Origin: Candidatus Nomurabacteria bacterium
GTDB taxonomy: Bacteria > Patescibacteriota > Minisyncoccia > Phycocordibacterales > SBAW01
Length of the DNA stretch: 50,413 nt
Reading direction: 5' to 3'
Assembly: GCA_943356415.1 (NCBI GenBank)
Contig: CALREW010000003.1
Location: 1-50,413 of the forward strand
Part shown: in pieces, positions 9,888-20,100 of the stretch
Position numbering within the stretch: the stretch's first letter is position 1
Layout: the number at the start of each line of letters is the position of its first letter
Made by a program: the position numbers and the translations under genes
Notes under the pieces: model-generated
Told to the model about the DNA's origin: nothing
Seen by the model: the letters and a program-made list of their open reading frames with translations, nothing else
Databases searched by the model: none

Positions 9888-10640
9888 TTATTTTGCAAGG
9901 TGTATCCAGGTTTTAAGTGGCACGTCTTCTGCGCGCAAAGTCGCGATATCAGCTGCAGCCTCTCCTATAAGAGGAAGCAGTGCTTTGCCGAGCGTTTTGC
10001 GCTTGTGGGCAAATCCTGCGTGGAGGAGCGCGAAAAACCTCTTTTCGTGCAGAGCGGTTGCAAAGTTTTGCCTAGATATGTCCTTTATAGCAAGAATTGC
10101 TGAATCAACCTTAGGTGGAGGGCTAAATGCGCCTCTAGGAACCTTTTTTACAAACGTTGGGGTTCCGTATGCTTTGACGGAAAGGGAGAGTAGGCTCTCT
10201 TTTTTGCTTCGCGCAATGCGTTCGACCACCTCTTTTTGTAAAAGAAGCGCCATGGTCGATGGCTGCAACGGAGTTTCAAGAAAGAAACGAACTAAGGCGC
10301 CAGAAATATAGTACGGAACGTTTGCCACAATTTTGTACCTGCCTGCCTTGAGGGAAAGTTTTTTTAAATCTTGTGTCAGGATGTCGCCGTGTATCAACGT
10401 AAGTTTTTTCATTGAAATTTCTGCAGCGAACATCTCTCGCAGGAGAGCGATAAGTCGGTCATCTTTTTCAATGGCAATGACGCGCGCGCCGCGGCCAAGT
10501 AGTTCTGCCGTGAGGCTTCCCTTTCCAGGCCCTACTTCTAGTACGATGTCGCCGTCTTTGACGTCACCCGCATCTGCGATGGCATGCAAGTAGGAAGGAG
10601 ATGAAAGAAAATGTTGGCCGAGGCTCTTTTTTGCGCGCAT
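9888..10640 (-). CDS. rsmA: 16S rRNA m6,2A dimethyltransferase
   Basis: AKKSLGQHFL, LEVGPGKG, ANVPYYI, F.PPPKVDS motifs. Confidence 0.95.
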   Translation of the reverse strand: MRAKKSLGQHFLSSPSYLHAIADAGDVKDGDIVLEVGPGKGSLTAELLGRGARVIAIEKDDRLIALLREMFAAEISMKKLTLIHGDILTQDLKKLSLKAGRYKIVANVPYYISGALVRFFLETPLQPSTMALLLQKEVVERIARSKKESLLSLSVKAYGTPTFVKKVPRGAFSPPPKVDSAILAIKDISRQNFATALHEKRFFALLHAGFAHKRKTLGKALLPLIGEAAADIATLRAEDVPLKTWIHLAK

Positions 10641-10649
10641 AGCTATGTG

Positions 10650-12596
10650 CTAATCAAGATAGATAGTTCGTCCGATTCGTTCAGGTCCCTCAGCTTCAAT
10701 CAGGTTGGCAGGGATGTCGGTTATAAATTGCGACGGAGCGCCCATAAGCTTGCTACCGTAGATAGTACGAAGTGTCGCGTGGGTAAGATACACCTTCCGC
10801 ATCGCTCGTGTAAGGGCAACATAAAAGAGCCGACGTTCCTCCTCGCCTTCTTCGGGAGATTTCTTCTCACCCTCACGCTCGTACGGGAAGAGCCCCTCTT
10901 CAAGTCCGGCGATAAAAACGTACGGAAACTCAAGTCCTTTACTTGCGTGCACCGTCATAAGGCGAACGGCGTCTTTGTCTTCTTTTAATTCGTCTTGGTC
11001 GGTTGCAAGCGCTGCGTCTTCGAGTAACTTTTCTACACCAAGCGGCGCTTCCATCGCGTCATAGCGTGTCGCAAGCGAAACTAATTCGTAGCAGTTTTCG
11101 AGGCGCTCGCGGTCCTCGCTGTCACCCTCTTTCAGACTTTGTTCAAGACCGCTTTCCTTTAGCGCAAATTTAACTGCCTCAGAGCATGTGCGGTTGTGTG
11201 CCGCTTCGCCGATGCGAGTAAGGAGCCGTCTAAAGTCGCCCACTTTTTGTTGTGCTGAGGCACCGAGTTCTGCTTCGCGTCCGGCAAGCATGGCAAGCAG
11301 CGTCACTTTACCGATACCTCGCGGTGGTACGTTCGCGATGCGTTTGAGATCTGCGCCTGAATCTGGAGTGAGTCCTGCGCGCAATAGACACAAAAGATCC
11401 CGCACCTCTTTGCGCTCAAAGAATTTTACGCCAAGCACTTGGTACGGTATTTCAGCACCGAGAAACGCTTCTTCAAGTGCGCGTGACTGGAAGTTCGCGC
11501 GGAAGAGTACGGCGATATCCCTTGGACGCGCCCCTTCCTCTATGAGTTCGCGACTCTTTCGTGCGATAAAACCCGCTTCGTCCATTTCATCGTACGCGGT
11601 ATAGAGCGATACAGGCTCCCCTTCTCCGTTTTTAGTAAAGAGATTTTTCTCAGCGCGGTATTTATTTTTTGAGATGATATCGTTTGCCGCTGTCAGTATG
11701 ACCTGAGTCGAACGGTAATTCTCTTCGAGTGTGATGACGCGAGCCCCTTTATAGCGTTTGTCGAAGGAGAGGATATTTTTAAGTTCCGCCCCGCGCCAGC
11801 TGTAAATATTTTGGTCGATATCTCCCACCGCGCAAACGTTCTGCGCTTCTCCGACGAGCAATTCTGCCATCTCGTTCTGCACCCGGTTCGTGTCTTGGTA
11901 CTCGTCGATAAGAATATGAGAGAAGCGCTCTTGATATCCGCGGCGCAGCGCTTCTTCGTTGCGAAGAAGGAGTGTTGCGCGCAAGAGGAGGTCATCAAAA
12001 TCAAGCGCTCGGTCCGCCGCAAGCGCGCGTTCATACCCTTCCCATGCGCGCGAAATAATATCCTGTCCGTCACCCATTGCTGACTGGTATGCGGAGAATG
12101 TTGTTCCGCCGCCTTTTTCTTTCGATATGCGACTGAGCACGCCGCGCGGGTCGAACTCTTCAGGAGAAATGCCGGCGTTCTTCATGGCTTCTTTTAGTGC
12201 ACGCAGCGAGTCGCCACGATCCCAGATAGCGGGTGTGCGTGGCAGGTTAAGGAAGCGATGATTTTCTTTGAGAATGAGTAGGCCGAGTGAGTGGAACGTC
12301 GTAACGAGCGGAAGTTGTGTCTCGCGTATTGGGAAATTGAGTTCGGGTGCTTCAGAGAGAAGGGTATGCGTTCGCTCGCGCATTTCTTTTGCCGCCTTGT
12401 TGGTGAATGTCACTGCAAGGATGCGTCTCGGCTCAGTTCCCTTGCGAACGATTTCTAAGATGCGGTGCACGATGACGCGCGTTTTGCCTGCACCAGCACC
12501 TGCAAGTACCAAAAGCGGCCCTTCCGTGTGGAGGACCGCTTCTTTTTGCGCTGAGTTGAGGCCTTCAAGATGCTTCACAGGAGGAGTATACCCCAT
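10650..12596 (-). CDS. pcrA: UvrD/PcrA ATP-dependent DNA helicase
   Basis: LAGAGAGKT, TFTNKAA, DEYQD, Q.IYSWRG, ENYRS, HASKGLEF, EERRLFYVALTRA. Confidence 0.92.
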   Translation of the reverse strand: MGYTPPVKHLEGLNSAQKEAVLHTEGPLLVLAGAGAGKTRVIVHRILEIVRKGTEPRRILAVTFTNKAAKEMRERTHTLLSEAPELNFPIRETQLPLVTTFHSLGLLILKENHRFLNLPRTPAIWDRGDSLRALKEAMKNAGISPEEFDPRGVLSRISKEKGGGTTFSAYQSAMGDGQDIISRAWEGYERALAADRALDFDDLLLRATLLLRNEEALRRGYQERFSHILIDEYQDTNRVQNEMAELLVGEAQNVCAVGDIDQNIYSWRGAELKNILSFDKRYKGARVITLEENYRSTQVILTAANDIISKNKYRAEKNLFTKNGEGEPVSLYTAYDEMDEAGFIARKSRELIEEGARPRDIAVLFRANFQSRALEEAFLGAEIPYQVLGVKFFERKEVRDLLCLLRAGLTPDSGADLKRIANVPPRGIGKVTLLAMLAGREAELGASAQQKVGDFRRLLTRIGEAAHNRTCSEAVKFALKESGLEQSLKEGDSEDRERLENCYELVSLATRYDAMEAPLGVEKLLEDAALATDQDELKEDKDAVRLMTVHASKGLEFPYVFIAGLEEGLFPYEREGEKKSPEEGEEERRLFYVALTRAMRKVYLTHATLRTIYGSKLMGAPSQFITDIPANLIEAEGPERIGRTIYLD

Positions 12597-12716
12597 GAGA
12601 TATGAGTGCGGTTGAAATGTAGCAATCATCCTCGACCCTATCATCCGGCGCCCACAGACACTGATGGTCTGGCTATCTCACGGGGTATATCGGAAAGTGG
12701 CCGCGGAACAAATCTT

Positions 12717-13049
12717 TTAGGCCGCTTTTAGTTTTTTCGCTCGCGATGTTTGAGGAAGTGAACGATTGAGTATCTCGCGCAGCAGCACCGCCTCTTCTGT
12801 CGCTATTTGTCCGAGGTCGGGAATCGTATGTTTGAGGAACGAGCGAACTTCGTCGTTCGAAGCGTTTTCAGCGAGCATTTTTTCGAATGTCACTCGTTCG
12901 TTTGGCGTAAGAAGAGGAATGGCTCGTGTTGCTATCGACTCGGAAAGATGACGAGTTACTTCCGCAACGACATTAGAGAGCGCTTTCTTCGGTAACGCAG
13001 CAAGCCCAAAGTATGAGACTAGTTCTTCGTTGTTTTGAGTCGTGTTCAT
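12717..13049 (-). CDS. Small helical hypothetical protein (DUF5663-like)
   Basis: FGL..LP...; FL...IP.L..I..EE pattern resembles a common CPR family. Confidence 0.6.
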   Translation of the reverse strand: MNTTQNNEELVSYFGLAALPKKALSNVVAEVTRHLSESIATRAIPLLTPNERVTFEKMLAENASNDEVRSFLKHTIPDLGQIATEEAVLLREILNRSLPQTSRAKKLKAA

Positions 13050-13056
13050 AGGTTTC

Positions 13057-15579
13057 TTAATTTCCGCTGGTTAGTATTCGCGCCTCAGCCGCCGCTACTC
13101 TCTTCATAAAATCCTTCAGAGTTCCTTCTATAGTGAGGTTATGTACGTCGCGTGCTCGTTCGATGAATGTGCGCAAATTGGACATCTCTCGTTTAGAAAT
13201 GAACATTGCATCTGCGGCGGCCGGGTTCGTAGAGTCGCGCATAAACGCCGCCGCATCTTTCCATGCCAACGTACGCTCGAAGCGCAGCAATCCATCTTCA
13301 CCTACCCTGCTCCACACCCCAGGAATATCGAATATGGAACGCAAGTCTTCAGCGTAGAGGGTCGAGGTGGCTCGCTCGAGCTCTTCTCTCGAAACTTCTC
13401 TGGTAGGAATGACTGGCGCCTGGGCAATTGGGAAATCCGGATCTTCAAGTGGAACCGCAATGCGTTCAGCCTGGACTGGCTTCACCTCGGGAGTCACTTC
13501 CCTTTCTTTCACGGCAGTCGGCTTTTCTTGCCTTGCATCTTGGGGCATCAATTGCGAGTAGACATTGAGCGATGAGGCGGAGACAAGCGGTATTGGCTCA
13601 ACCGAAGGGGCGACGTTTTGTGGTGATCGAGGAGCTCCAACTCCCGATTGTGCAGCCGCAGCCTGACGCGCCAAGAGGAGCGCTTCTACCGATGCGAGCG
13701 CGGCTCGTGCACCCTTCAGAGCCTCTTCCACCAAGAGCGTGGCGCGCTGTTCTGCGAGTCTGTTCGCTAATTCGCGCTCTTGAGGTGTATCAAGTTCGGC
13801 ACGTTCTTGTCGCAGGACTCTTAGTTCTGGAAAGATGACATTATTGAGCACTTCAGCAGGAGTTTCTCTTACGGGTTTGGGTGTGGCAACAGCGGTTTCG
13901 ACACGAGGTGCGCTTGTATCGCGTGCAGCTTCCGTCGGTCGAGATGGCGGAATAAATACCGATGGTCCAGGTGTTGGGGTGTGGGTTCTGATACGGGCTT
14001 CACCCTCTTTCCCAGCAGTTGGCCCTTGTTGCTTGAAGCTCTTTTGGACGGCTTGATATGCCGTAAATGCAGCCATCCATTTTTTAGATGCATCTGCAAC
14101 AGATTGATCTGCGTCGGCACGTTTTTTGTCTGACCACATGCCGAGCGAGAATATTTTTTTCAGTCCAGACACAAATCGTTTGTCCCAGGTAGATTCCTCT
14201 GCCTGATTTTTCTGTGCCTGGGCAAGTGCTTTGCGAGCGTCCTGCAGTTCGTGGTACTCAATCGTGTCTTTCAGTTCGAGTTTAAGTGGCTCTTTCTCTG
14301 CAAAAATATCAGTGTCTCCGGGGGCTGCTTTGTCCGCAAGCACTTTTGCTCGCAATTCCGGAGACACGTTAGGTGCTCTCTTTTGTTCTTGAGATTGAGG
14401 AGCTTGAGGAACAACGCCGGGACCTTGTGTGTGCGTGTTAGTGATATCTTCAGCACTCGGGATGCCATCGTACGAATATTCAACAACGGGGGCTTGAGGA
14501 GCGGACGGTGAATTCTTTGCTACAGGAGCTGTTTCTCCCTGCGTCGTTCCTTTTGGAGCGTTGGCTTCGCGTCTGGCACGTTCAAGTGCCAGAGGATTAA
14601 ATTTTTGCTTTGCGGGAGTGGCTTTGGTGGAGCGAGTACTTTTTGGTTTTTCGCCTACGTGAATAGCAACAATATCTTCGGCAAGGGCTGCATCAGCCGC
14701 AGCTTTTGCATCAGCTTCGCGCTTCTCCCGCATGGCGCGCTCGCGAGCAAGAGGGGTTCCAATATCTTTGCGCGTCTTTGCCTCTCGGTTTGGAGCGTCA
14801 ATGGATGCTGCAACGACCTCGGAGATTTTCGGGGCAGTCGCTACTTGCGCGACGCCTTCCTTCTTTGTTTTTTTAGCCGCAACTGCTGGCGCATTTTCTT
14901 TCGCACGCTCGGTTATGACGGGTTTCACTGAATCAAAGGTCAGCGAAGCTCGTTCGTTCGCCTCAACTGATGCGCGCGCGTCGGCTTCTGTGTAATCGAG
15001 CACCGTGCCACTTTCTGCGAGTGCCTCCGCAGCCTTGATTGCAGCAGCCTCCGCTTCTCGCTCTATCCCTTTTATGCGCGCCTTCTCCCGAGATTCCTCG
15101 GCTCGTTTTGCTGCGCGCCCGTCTCCTGAAAGAAGTTCTCCGTCGGAGAGTCCCTGCATCGCTGCCACCAATGCAGCGTCTTTCTCTGTTTGAGTCAGAA
15201 CTTTCGGTGTCTGCGGTATTCTGGTTCGTCCGTTAACGATAGGACGTTCGGCCGCCTCAACAACTTTGGGCGTCTGAGGGATTCTTGTTCGTCCATTAAC
15301 GACAGGGCGCCCCGCTGTCTCCGGAGAAGCTTTAGGTGACTGAGGTATTTTGGTTCGTCCAAGAGGTCGCTCCGTCACTTCAACTACAGGTTTTGGCGCT
15401 TCAACGCGCTGTGCCAACACCTCAGGTTCACCTGAATATGACAGATTAACCCTCATCCCTTTTTGTCGGAGATCCTTTTCGGCGCGGGCAAGAATATCCC
15501 TTGATTTACCTGCAACACCGTTGTCTGGTGGTGTTTTTTTAGACTCTGGTGACTGGCCCGGGGCGGTGTCGCGAGGCAT
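13057..15579 (-). CDS. Large low-complexity hypothetical protein with tandem peptide repeats
   Basis: About 840-aa open frame rich in Ala/Pro/Glu/Lys; three RPxxNGRTRIPQTPK-like repeats near the N-terminus. Confidence 0.7.
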   Translation of the reverse strand: MPRDTAPGQSPESKKTPPDNGVAGKSRDILARAEKDLRQKGMRVNLSYSGEPEVLAQRVEAPKPVVEVTERPLGRTKIPQSPKASPETAGRPVVNGRTRIPQTPKVVEAAERPIVNGRTRIPQTPKVLTQTEKDAALVAAMQGLSDGELLSGDGRAAKRAEESREKARIKGIEREAEAAAIKAAEALAESGTVLDYTEADARASVEANERASLTFDSVKPVITERAKENAPAVAAKKTKKEGVAQVATAPKISEVVAASIDAPNREAKTRKDIGTPLARERAMREKREADAKAAADAALAEDIVAIHVGEKPKSTRSTKATPAKQKFNPLALERARREANAPKGTTQGETAPVAKNSPSAPQAPVVEYSYDGIPSAEDITNTHTQGPGVVPQAPQSQEQKRAPNVSPELRAKVLADKAAPGDTDIFAEKEPLKLELKDTIEYHELQDARKALAQAQKNQAEESTWDKRFVSGLKKIFSLGMWSDKKRADADQSVADASKKWMAAFTAYQAVQKSFKQQGPTAGKEGEARIRTHTPTPGPSVFIPPSRPTEAARDTSAPRVETAVATPKPVRETPAEVLNNVIFPELRVLRQERAELDTPQERELANRLAEQRATLLVEEALKGARAALASVEALLLARQAAAAQSGVGAPRSPQNVAPSVEPIPLVSASSLNVYSQLMPQDARQEKPTAVKEREVTPEVKPVQAERIAVPLEDPDFPIAQAPVIPTREVSREELERATSTLYAEDLRSIFDIPGVWSRVGEDGLLRFERTLAWKDAAAFMRDSTNPAAADAMFISKREMSNLRTFIERARDVHNLTIEGTLKDFMKRVAAAEARILTSGN

Positions 15580-15698
15580 ATGGGGCAAAGTATACGCCCT
15601 AAATCACGGATTGAGCTATCCACACCCACCCCTGTCAACGGTTGACGCTCAAACCTCCTCCGTTATAGTTGACCTATCCCGACTGGGAGAGTGGAAAT

Positions 15699-16853
15699 AT
15701 GGCCTCGTTAGGCCTTTTTCGTTCCGAACGACGTGTTTTTCCCAGGCAAAATAGGCTTATAGAATCTCAAATAGACAGCACTTCCCCCTCTGCGTTGCGG
15801 TTTTTGGGAGGGAACGCCAAAATAACGTTATTTTACGGCCTTATAATCATAGGCTCGTGTTTCCTTTTGTTCGGACACCCGACAACTTCGCACGCTGGTT
15901 TACTCTCAAATATCATTTCGAATCTCAAGTCCTCAACCGCGCAAACCACCAGCGCCTCCTCCCCAAGTTTCAATTCACAGAGCATTCACATTTTGCAGGC
16001 CGCAGCCAACCTTGACCCGAACCCAAGCAAGGGTGGCGGAGATATTACGGTTGTTGACGGAACGTCACTTATGCCTGAAACGGGCCCGTCCGGCACCATC
16101 GCTGACATAACGGAACATCCAACTTCCTCAGAGATAAGTGTGTATGTGGTGCACGAGGGCGACACGCTCGCGGGTATCGCAAAAATGTTCGACGTCTCAG
16201 CAAATACGATTCTTTGGGCAAACGATGTTGGAAAGGGTGGGATCAAGCCGGGACAAACGCTTATCATCCTCCCTATCACTGGCGTACGACACACTGTTGT
16301 GAAAGGTGACACTATCGCCTCTTTGGCGAAAAAGTATAAGGCTGATGCGGATGAAATTGCGGACTACAACAATCTCGCTTCAACCGACACGCTTATGGTT
16401 GGCGACGTTGTGATTATTCCAGACGGCACCGTGGCTCCTGTTGCTACTAAAACTGCTACCAAGAAAATTACCGCCAACCCATATCGTGGTGGTTCAGGTT
16501 CAGACCTCGGTGGGTTCTTTATCTGGCCGGTTGCAGGTGGCGTGAAGACGCAAGGACTCCACGGCTATAACGGTATCGATATTGGCGCACCGCAAGGCAC
16601 TCCTATTTATGCAGCAGCGGGAGGAACGGTACTTGTCGCACGCTCGGGCGGATGGAACGGTGGCTACGGCAACTACGTTGTGGTGGTTCATAGTAATGGC
16701 GTGCAAACACTCTACGCGCACATGACTCGAGTTGCGGCTAGTGCCGGAGCGAATGTTGAACAAGGACAGGTGATCGGGTATGTGGGGGCGACTGGGAAAG
16801 CCACCGGCTTCCACCTACACTTCGAAGTTCGTGGTGCGAAAAATCCCTTCTAA
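15699..16853 (+). CDS. LysM-domain M23 family peptidase
   Basis: Two LysM repeats (YVVHEGDTLAGIA, HTVVKGDTIASLA), HGYNGIDI, YAHM, HLHFEV; start is uncertain. Confidence 0.9.
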   Translation: MASLGLFRSERRVFPRQNRLIESQIDSTSPSALRFLGGNAKITLFYGLIIIGSCFLLFGHPTTSHAGLLSNIISNLKSSTAQTTSASSPSFNSQSIHILQAAANLDPNPSKGGGDITVVDGTSLMPETGPSGTIADITEHPTSSEISVYVVHEGDTLAGIAKMFDVSANTILWANDVGKGGIKPGQTLIILPITGVRHTVVKGDTIASLAKKYKADADEIADYNNLASTDTLMVGDVVIIPDGTVAPVATKTATKKITANPYRGGSGSDLGGFFIWPVAGGVKTQGLHGYNGIDIGAPQGTPIYAAAGGTVLVARSGGWNGGYGNYVVVVHSNGVQTLYAHMTRVAASAGANVEQGQVIGYVGATGKATGFHLHFEVRGAKNPF

Positions 16854-16932
16854 ACAGAAGGGATTTTTCGTCCAGAGACTCGCATCTTGGGCCCATATGG
16901 GCCATTGCGCGGTCCGGTGCTTTTTGAGAAGA

Positions 16933-17658
16933 CTAGTCTTTTGAAGAGAGGGAGAAAGGATTGAGGTTGGTCCCTTTGTCGTATGTGTCGAGGCCCTCCG
17001 CCTTTTTTATTTTTCGTATAGCGATGTAGGTGATAGGTAGAACAATTATTTCCCAAGCGGTGCAAAACAATATGCTCGTGATAGTCCCTTGGAGTGCCTC
17101 TTGGAAACTAAACAGGTTTGCAACAATGACGATGATGGTAACGGCGGTCACGTTGTCGGCTATTTGTCCGAAGAATGTTGAAGCGATGTAGCGGAACCCT
17201 TGTTTCTTCCCGTGCGTCCAAACTTTTAGTTTTGCAAGGATGATTGAGTTCACATTTTCTCCTGCCCAAAATCCAACGATGGCAGCGAGCGCAATGAAAG
17301 GGCTTGCTCTAAATATTAAGTTGAATGCATCGTTTTCAGCAGGAGTGAAGTATTGGCTCGGAGGTATAAGCGTGTATAGATATGCGAGCACGCTTGAGAT
17401 AAACATGCACGCAAAACCAGTCCAGATGATTTTTCGCGAAACTCGGTACCCATACACCTCTGTGAATATGTCAGAAAAGATATAAGTCATCGGGTAGGCG
17501 ATGATTGCCGCAAAAAATACAAAGCCAAACAGCTCAAAGGTTTTGAGCGTGGTAAACATGGTAAGCAAGAGAAACATAACCCAGAGCATGGCAAATACCG
17601 TGAGGTACTTGTGGGGGTGGTTAGCGGAAACAACCGGGTCGGTTATCAATGTATCCAT
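16933..17658 (-). CDS. Queuosine precursor transporter (VUT/YhhQ family)
   Basis: YP.TY..SD..TEVYGY..SR..IW.GF, RY..ST..GQ..D, EG.D.YD..TN.NPF. Confidence 0.88.
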   Translation of the reverse strand: MDTLITDPVVSANHPHKYLTVFAMLWVMFLLLTMFTTLKTFELFGFVFFAAIIAYPMTYIFSDIFTEVYGYRVSRKIIWTGFACMFISSVLAYLYTLIPPSQYFTPAENDAFNLIFRASPFIALAAIVGFWAGENVNSIILAKLKVWTHGKKQGFRYIASTFFGQIADNVTAVTIIVIVANLFSFQEALQGTITSILFCTAWEIIVLPITYIAIRKIKKAEGLDTYDKGTNLNPFSLSSKD

Positions 17659-17712
17659 GCACTAACTAAATCACGCCACTGTCAATTCGCAACATCGTTT
17701 GTCGGTGGAGAT

Positions 17713-18024
17713 TTATCCGAAGATAACAAAGAGTGCGGTGAATAACGCTGCAACGATGATGGCGAAAATACCGCCGGTTTGAAGAAGGAGTTTTGCGCCC
17801 TCTCTGGGCTTGCTTTCAAACGCGAGAATAAATGGCTGCAAGAGGAATGAAATACACATTGCGAGGACCGAAAGAACAAATAAGGAAAGTATCGATACGA
17901 AAAACAGAAACGGAGGTTGCTGCCCCGGTGCGGCGATAAGCGGAATACCGAAGTACAGTAGGCTTACAACACCTGCGATATAGAGAGCTGCTGCGACAGC
18001 ATTAATAAAAGGGTTTCGGGTCAT
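17713..18024 (-). CDS. Small membrane protein
   Basis: Three TM helices, NPFINA..A.LYI, LSLFVLS. Confidence 0.7.
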   Translation of the reverse strand: MTRNPFINAVAAALYIAGVVSLLYFGIPLIAAPGQQPPFLFFVSILSLFVLSVLAMCISFLLQPFILAFESKPREGAKLLLQTGGIFAIIVAALFTALFVIFG

Positions 18025-18058
18025 GCAGTATATAACCTGATTTTCTTTAGAGAGGTTT

Positions 18059-19594
18059 CTAACTCTTTAAAAATTCTTGGGGGCGGTATTGGAGCGCTTC
18101 GAGCAAATGGTGCGTTTGGATGTCATCAGCTTCATCGAGGTCAGCGATAGTGCGCGACACTTTAATAAGACGATGATAGCTGCGCGGAGAAAGTCCGAGT
18201 CGTGTTGCCGCTTCGTTAAGTAATTTTCGAACTTCTTTTTCAAGGGGCGCGTACGTATCGAGATCTCGTGCAGAAAGTTCCGAGTTGAGTCGCTTGCCTG
18301 CGTATGAAAGACGCGCATGCATGCGCTCTCGTGCACGCGCCACGTGTGCTCGTGCAGCGGCAGTTTGGCCAACGTCTATCTGCCCACTCAGTTCTTCAAA
18401 CGCGATGGGGCCCACCGGAACCCACAAGTCGATGCGGTCTGCAATCGGACCTGAGACTTTGCGTTGATATTTCGCCAAGGTGCCTTGGGGACAAATACAA
18501 ACTTTTTCTGAGCCGAAGTTTCCGCACGGACACGGATTCATCGCAAGGACGAGCGTTATCTGCGATGGAAAGCGGGCAGAACCACGCGCACGCGCAACGG
18601 ACACAAACCGCTCTTCAAGTGGTTGTCTCAGCGCTTCAATAACGCGTCTATCAAACTCAGGAAACTCATCCATAAAAAGAACACCGCGGTGCGCGAGGGT
18701 AAGTTCTCCTGGTCTTGGCACAGCTCCCCCACCAACGAGCGATACATATGAAGCAGTGTGATGTGGGCTACGAAATGGTGGACGAGTAACAAGTGAACCG
18801 GACACTCCTGCCGTTGAATGAATGCCAGTTACTTCAAGCATTTCTTCGCGGCTCAGTGCCGGCAAAAGAGATGTGAGCGCGCGAGCAAGTAGTGTCTTTC
18901 CCGTGCCTGGTGGTCCGTAGAGACCAATGTGATGGCCACCTGCTGCGGCGATGATAAGGGCGCGCTTCGCGTGTTCTTGTCCACGAATATGATCAAGCGA
19001 GTCGTCTTCTGATTGTTCAGCAGGAAGTTCAGTGACGGGCGTGCGAGGTATCTTTACGTGCGTGCGATCGCCAGTTGCTTCGGTGAGATGTTCAATAGCA
19101 CAGCGTAATGTCTCAACGCCGTAAACGTCTATCCCTTCGATAAGAGCGGCTTCAAGTGCGTTGTCTTTCGGCACGAATACCGCGCGAAACCCAGCTTCTT
19201 TTGCACACTTCACGAGCGGAAGCACGCCGCGCACTGGAAGTAGACGGCCATCGAGCGATAGCTCCCCTGCGAATAACAGACCCGTTGGATCAAACGATAT
19301 GTCCCCCGCCGCAAGGAGATACGAGAGCGCTATAGGGAGATCGAAGAGCGGACCTTCCTTTTTTAAGTCTGCAGGAGCAAGTGAGATAACAATTTTTTTG
19401 TTGTGCGCTTTTGGCGGTGTGAAACCAGCGTGTTTGATAGCAGCCGATACGCGATCGCGCGCTTCTTCGACCGCTTTGTCTGGAAGTCCAACGATTGAGA
19501 AGCTATGCAGGCCGCGTGAAAGGTCCGCTTCAACAGTGACCATTGAAGGAGAGAGTAAAAACGTCTGAGCGCCGTAGACCTTGGCGTAACTCAT
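18059..19594 (-). CDS. comM: ComM/YifB Mg-chelatase-like AAA+ ATPase
   Basis: VGLPD.AV.E.R.RV, GELSLDG, GPPGTGKT, RSPHH, LAHRGVLF.DEFPEF, NPCPCG. Confidence 0.92.
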   Translation of the reverse strand: MSYAKVYGAQTFLLSPSMVTVEADLSRGLHSFSIVGLPDKAVEEARDRVSAAIKHAGFTPPKAHNKKIVISLAPADLKKEGPLFDLPIALSYLLAAGDISFDPTGLLFAGELSLDGRLLPVRGVLPLVKCAKEAGFRAVFVPKDNALEAALIEGIDVYGVETLRCAIEHLTEATGDRTHVKIPRTPVTELPAEQSEDDSLDHIRGQEHAKRALIIAAAGGHHIGLYGPPGTGKTLLARALTSLLPALSREEMLEVTGIHSTAGVSGSLVTRPPFRSPHHTASYVSLVGGGAVPRPGELTLAHRGVLFMDEFPEFDRRVIEALRQPLEERFVSVARARGSARFPSQITLVLAMNPCPCGNFGSEKVCICPQGTLAKYQRKVSGPIADRIDLWVPVGPIAFEELSGQIDVGQTAAARAHVARARERMHARLSYAGKRLNSELSARDLDTYAPLEKEVRKLLNEAATRLGLSPRSYHRLIKVSRTIADLDEADDIQTHHLLEALQYRPQEFLKS

Positions 19595-19631
19595 GGGAAG
19601 TGGAATATAACGTCTCTCGTTCTTATAAAGG

Positions 19632-19657
19632 CGAAACACCCCAAATGGGGCGTTTCG
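19632..19657. terminator. Hairpin after the dksA-like gene
   Basis: cgaaacacccc-aaat-ggggcgtttcg. Confidence 0.55.
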
Positions 19658-19670
19658 TGTGAATGCGGTG

Positions 19671-20048
19671 TTAGTTGTTGAGTGCGGATTCTTCGCCCAT
19701 GTGCGCCTTGCAGGTGCGAGCCGAAGGGTTTGCCTCGAGGCGATCTTCTTCGATTGCTTCGCCCGACACTTCGCACACGCCGTAGGTGCCTTTTTCGATG
19801 CGCTCGAGTGCTTTTGTAATTTCCGTGTGCTGTATCTCGAGCTGCTTCAGGATCGCGGTGTTTTGTTCGAAGTCCTCTATCTTGTCTGCAACCTCATCGT
19901 CCTCGGTTGCAGCGCTATCTTCCACCGGAGGAGTTGGCTGCCAATCTGCAGGATTATCTGGGTTTTGGCGGCCCACCGTTTTAAGCTCGCGCTCTACCAG
20001 GGCGAGTTCCGCCGTGAGGCGCTCTTTCATTTCATCGATATTTACCAT
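19671..20048 (-). CDS. TraR/DksA family protein
   Basis: Coiled coil followed by ALERIEKGTYGVCEVSGEAI..DRLEANPSARTC; start set at ATG 20048. Confidence 0.85.
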   Translation of the reverse strand: MVNIDEMKERLTAELALVERELKTVGRQNPDNPADWQPTPPVEDSAATEDDEVADKIEDFEQNTAILKQLEIQHTEITKALERIEKGTYGVCEVSGEAIEEDRLEANPSARTCKAHMGEESALNN

Positions 20049-20100
20049 ATGGAGAAGAGCATAGCAGCCTGTCATTGGTGGAGCAACACACGAACCTCCC

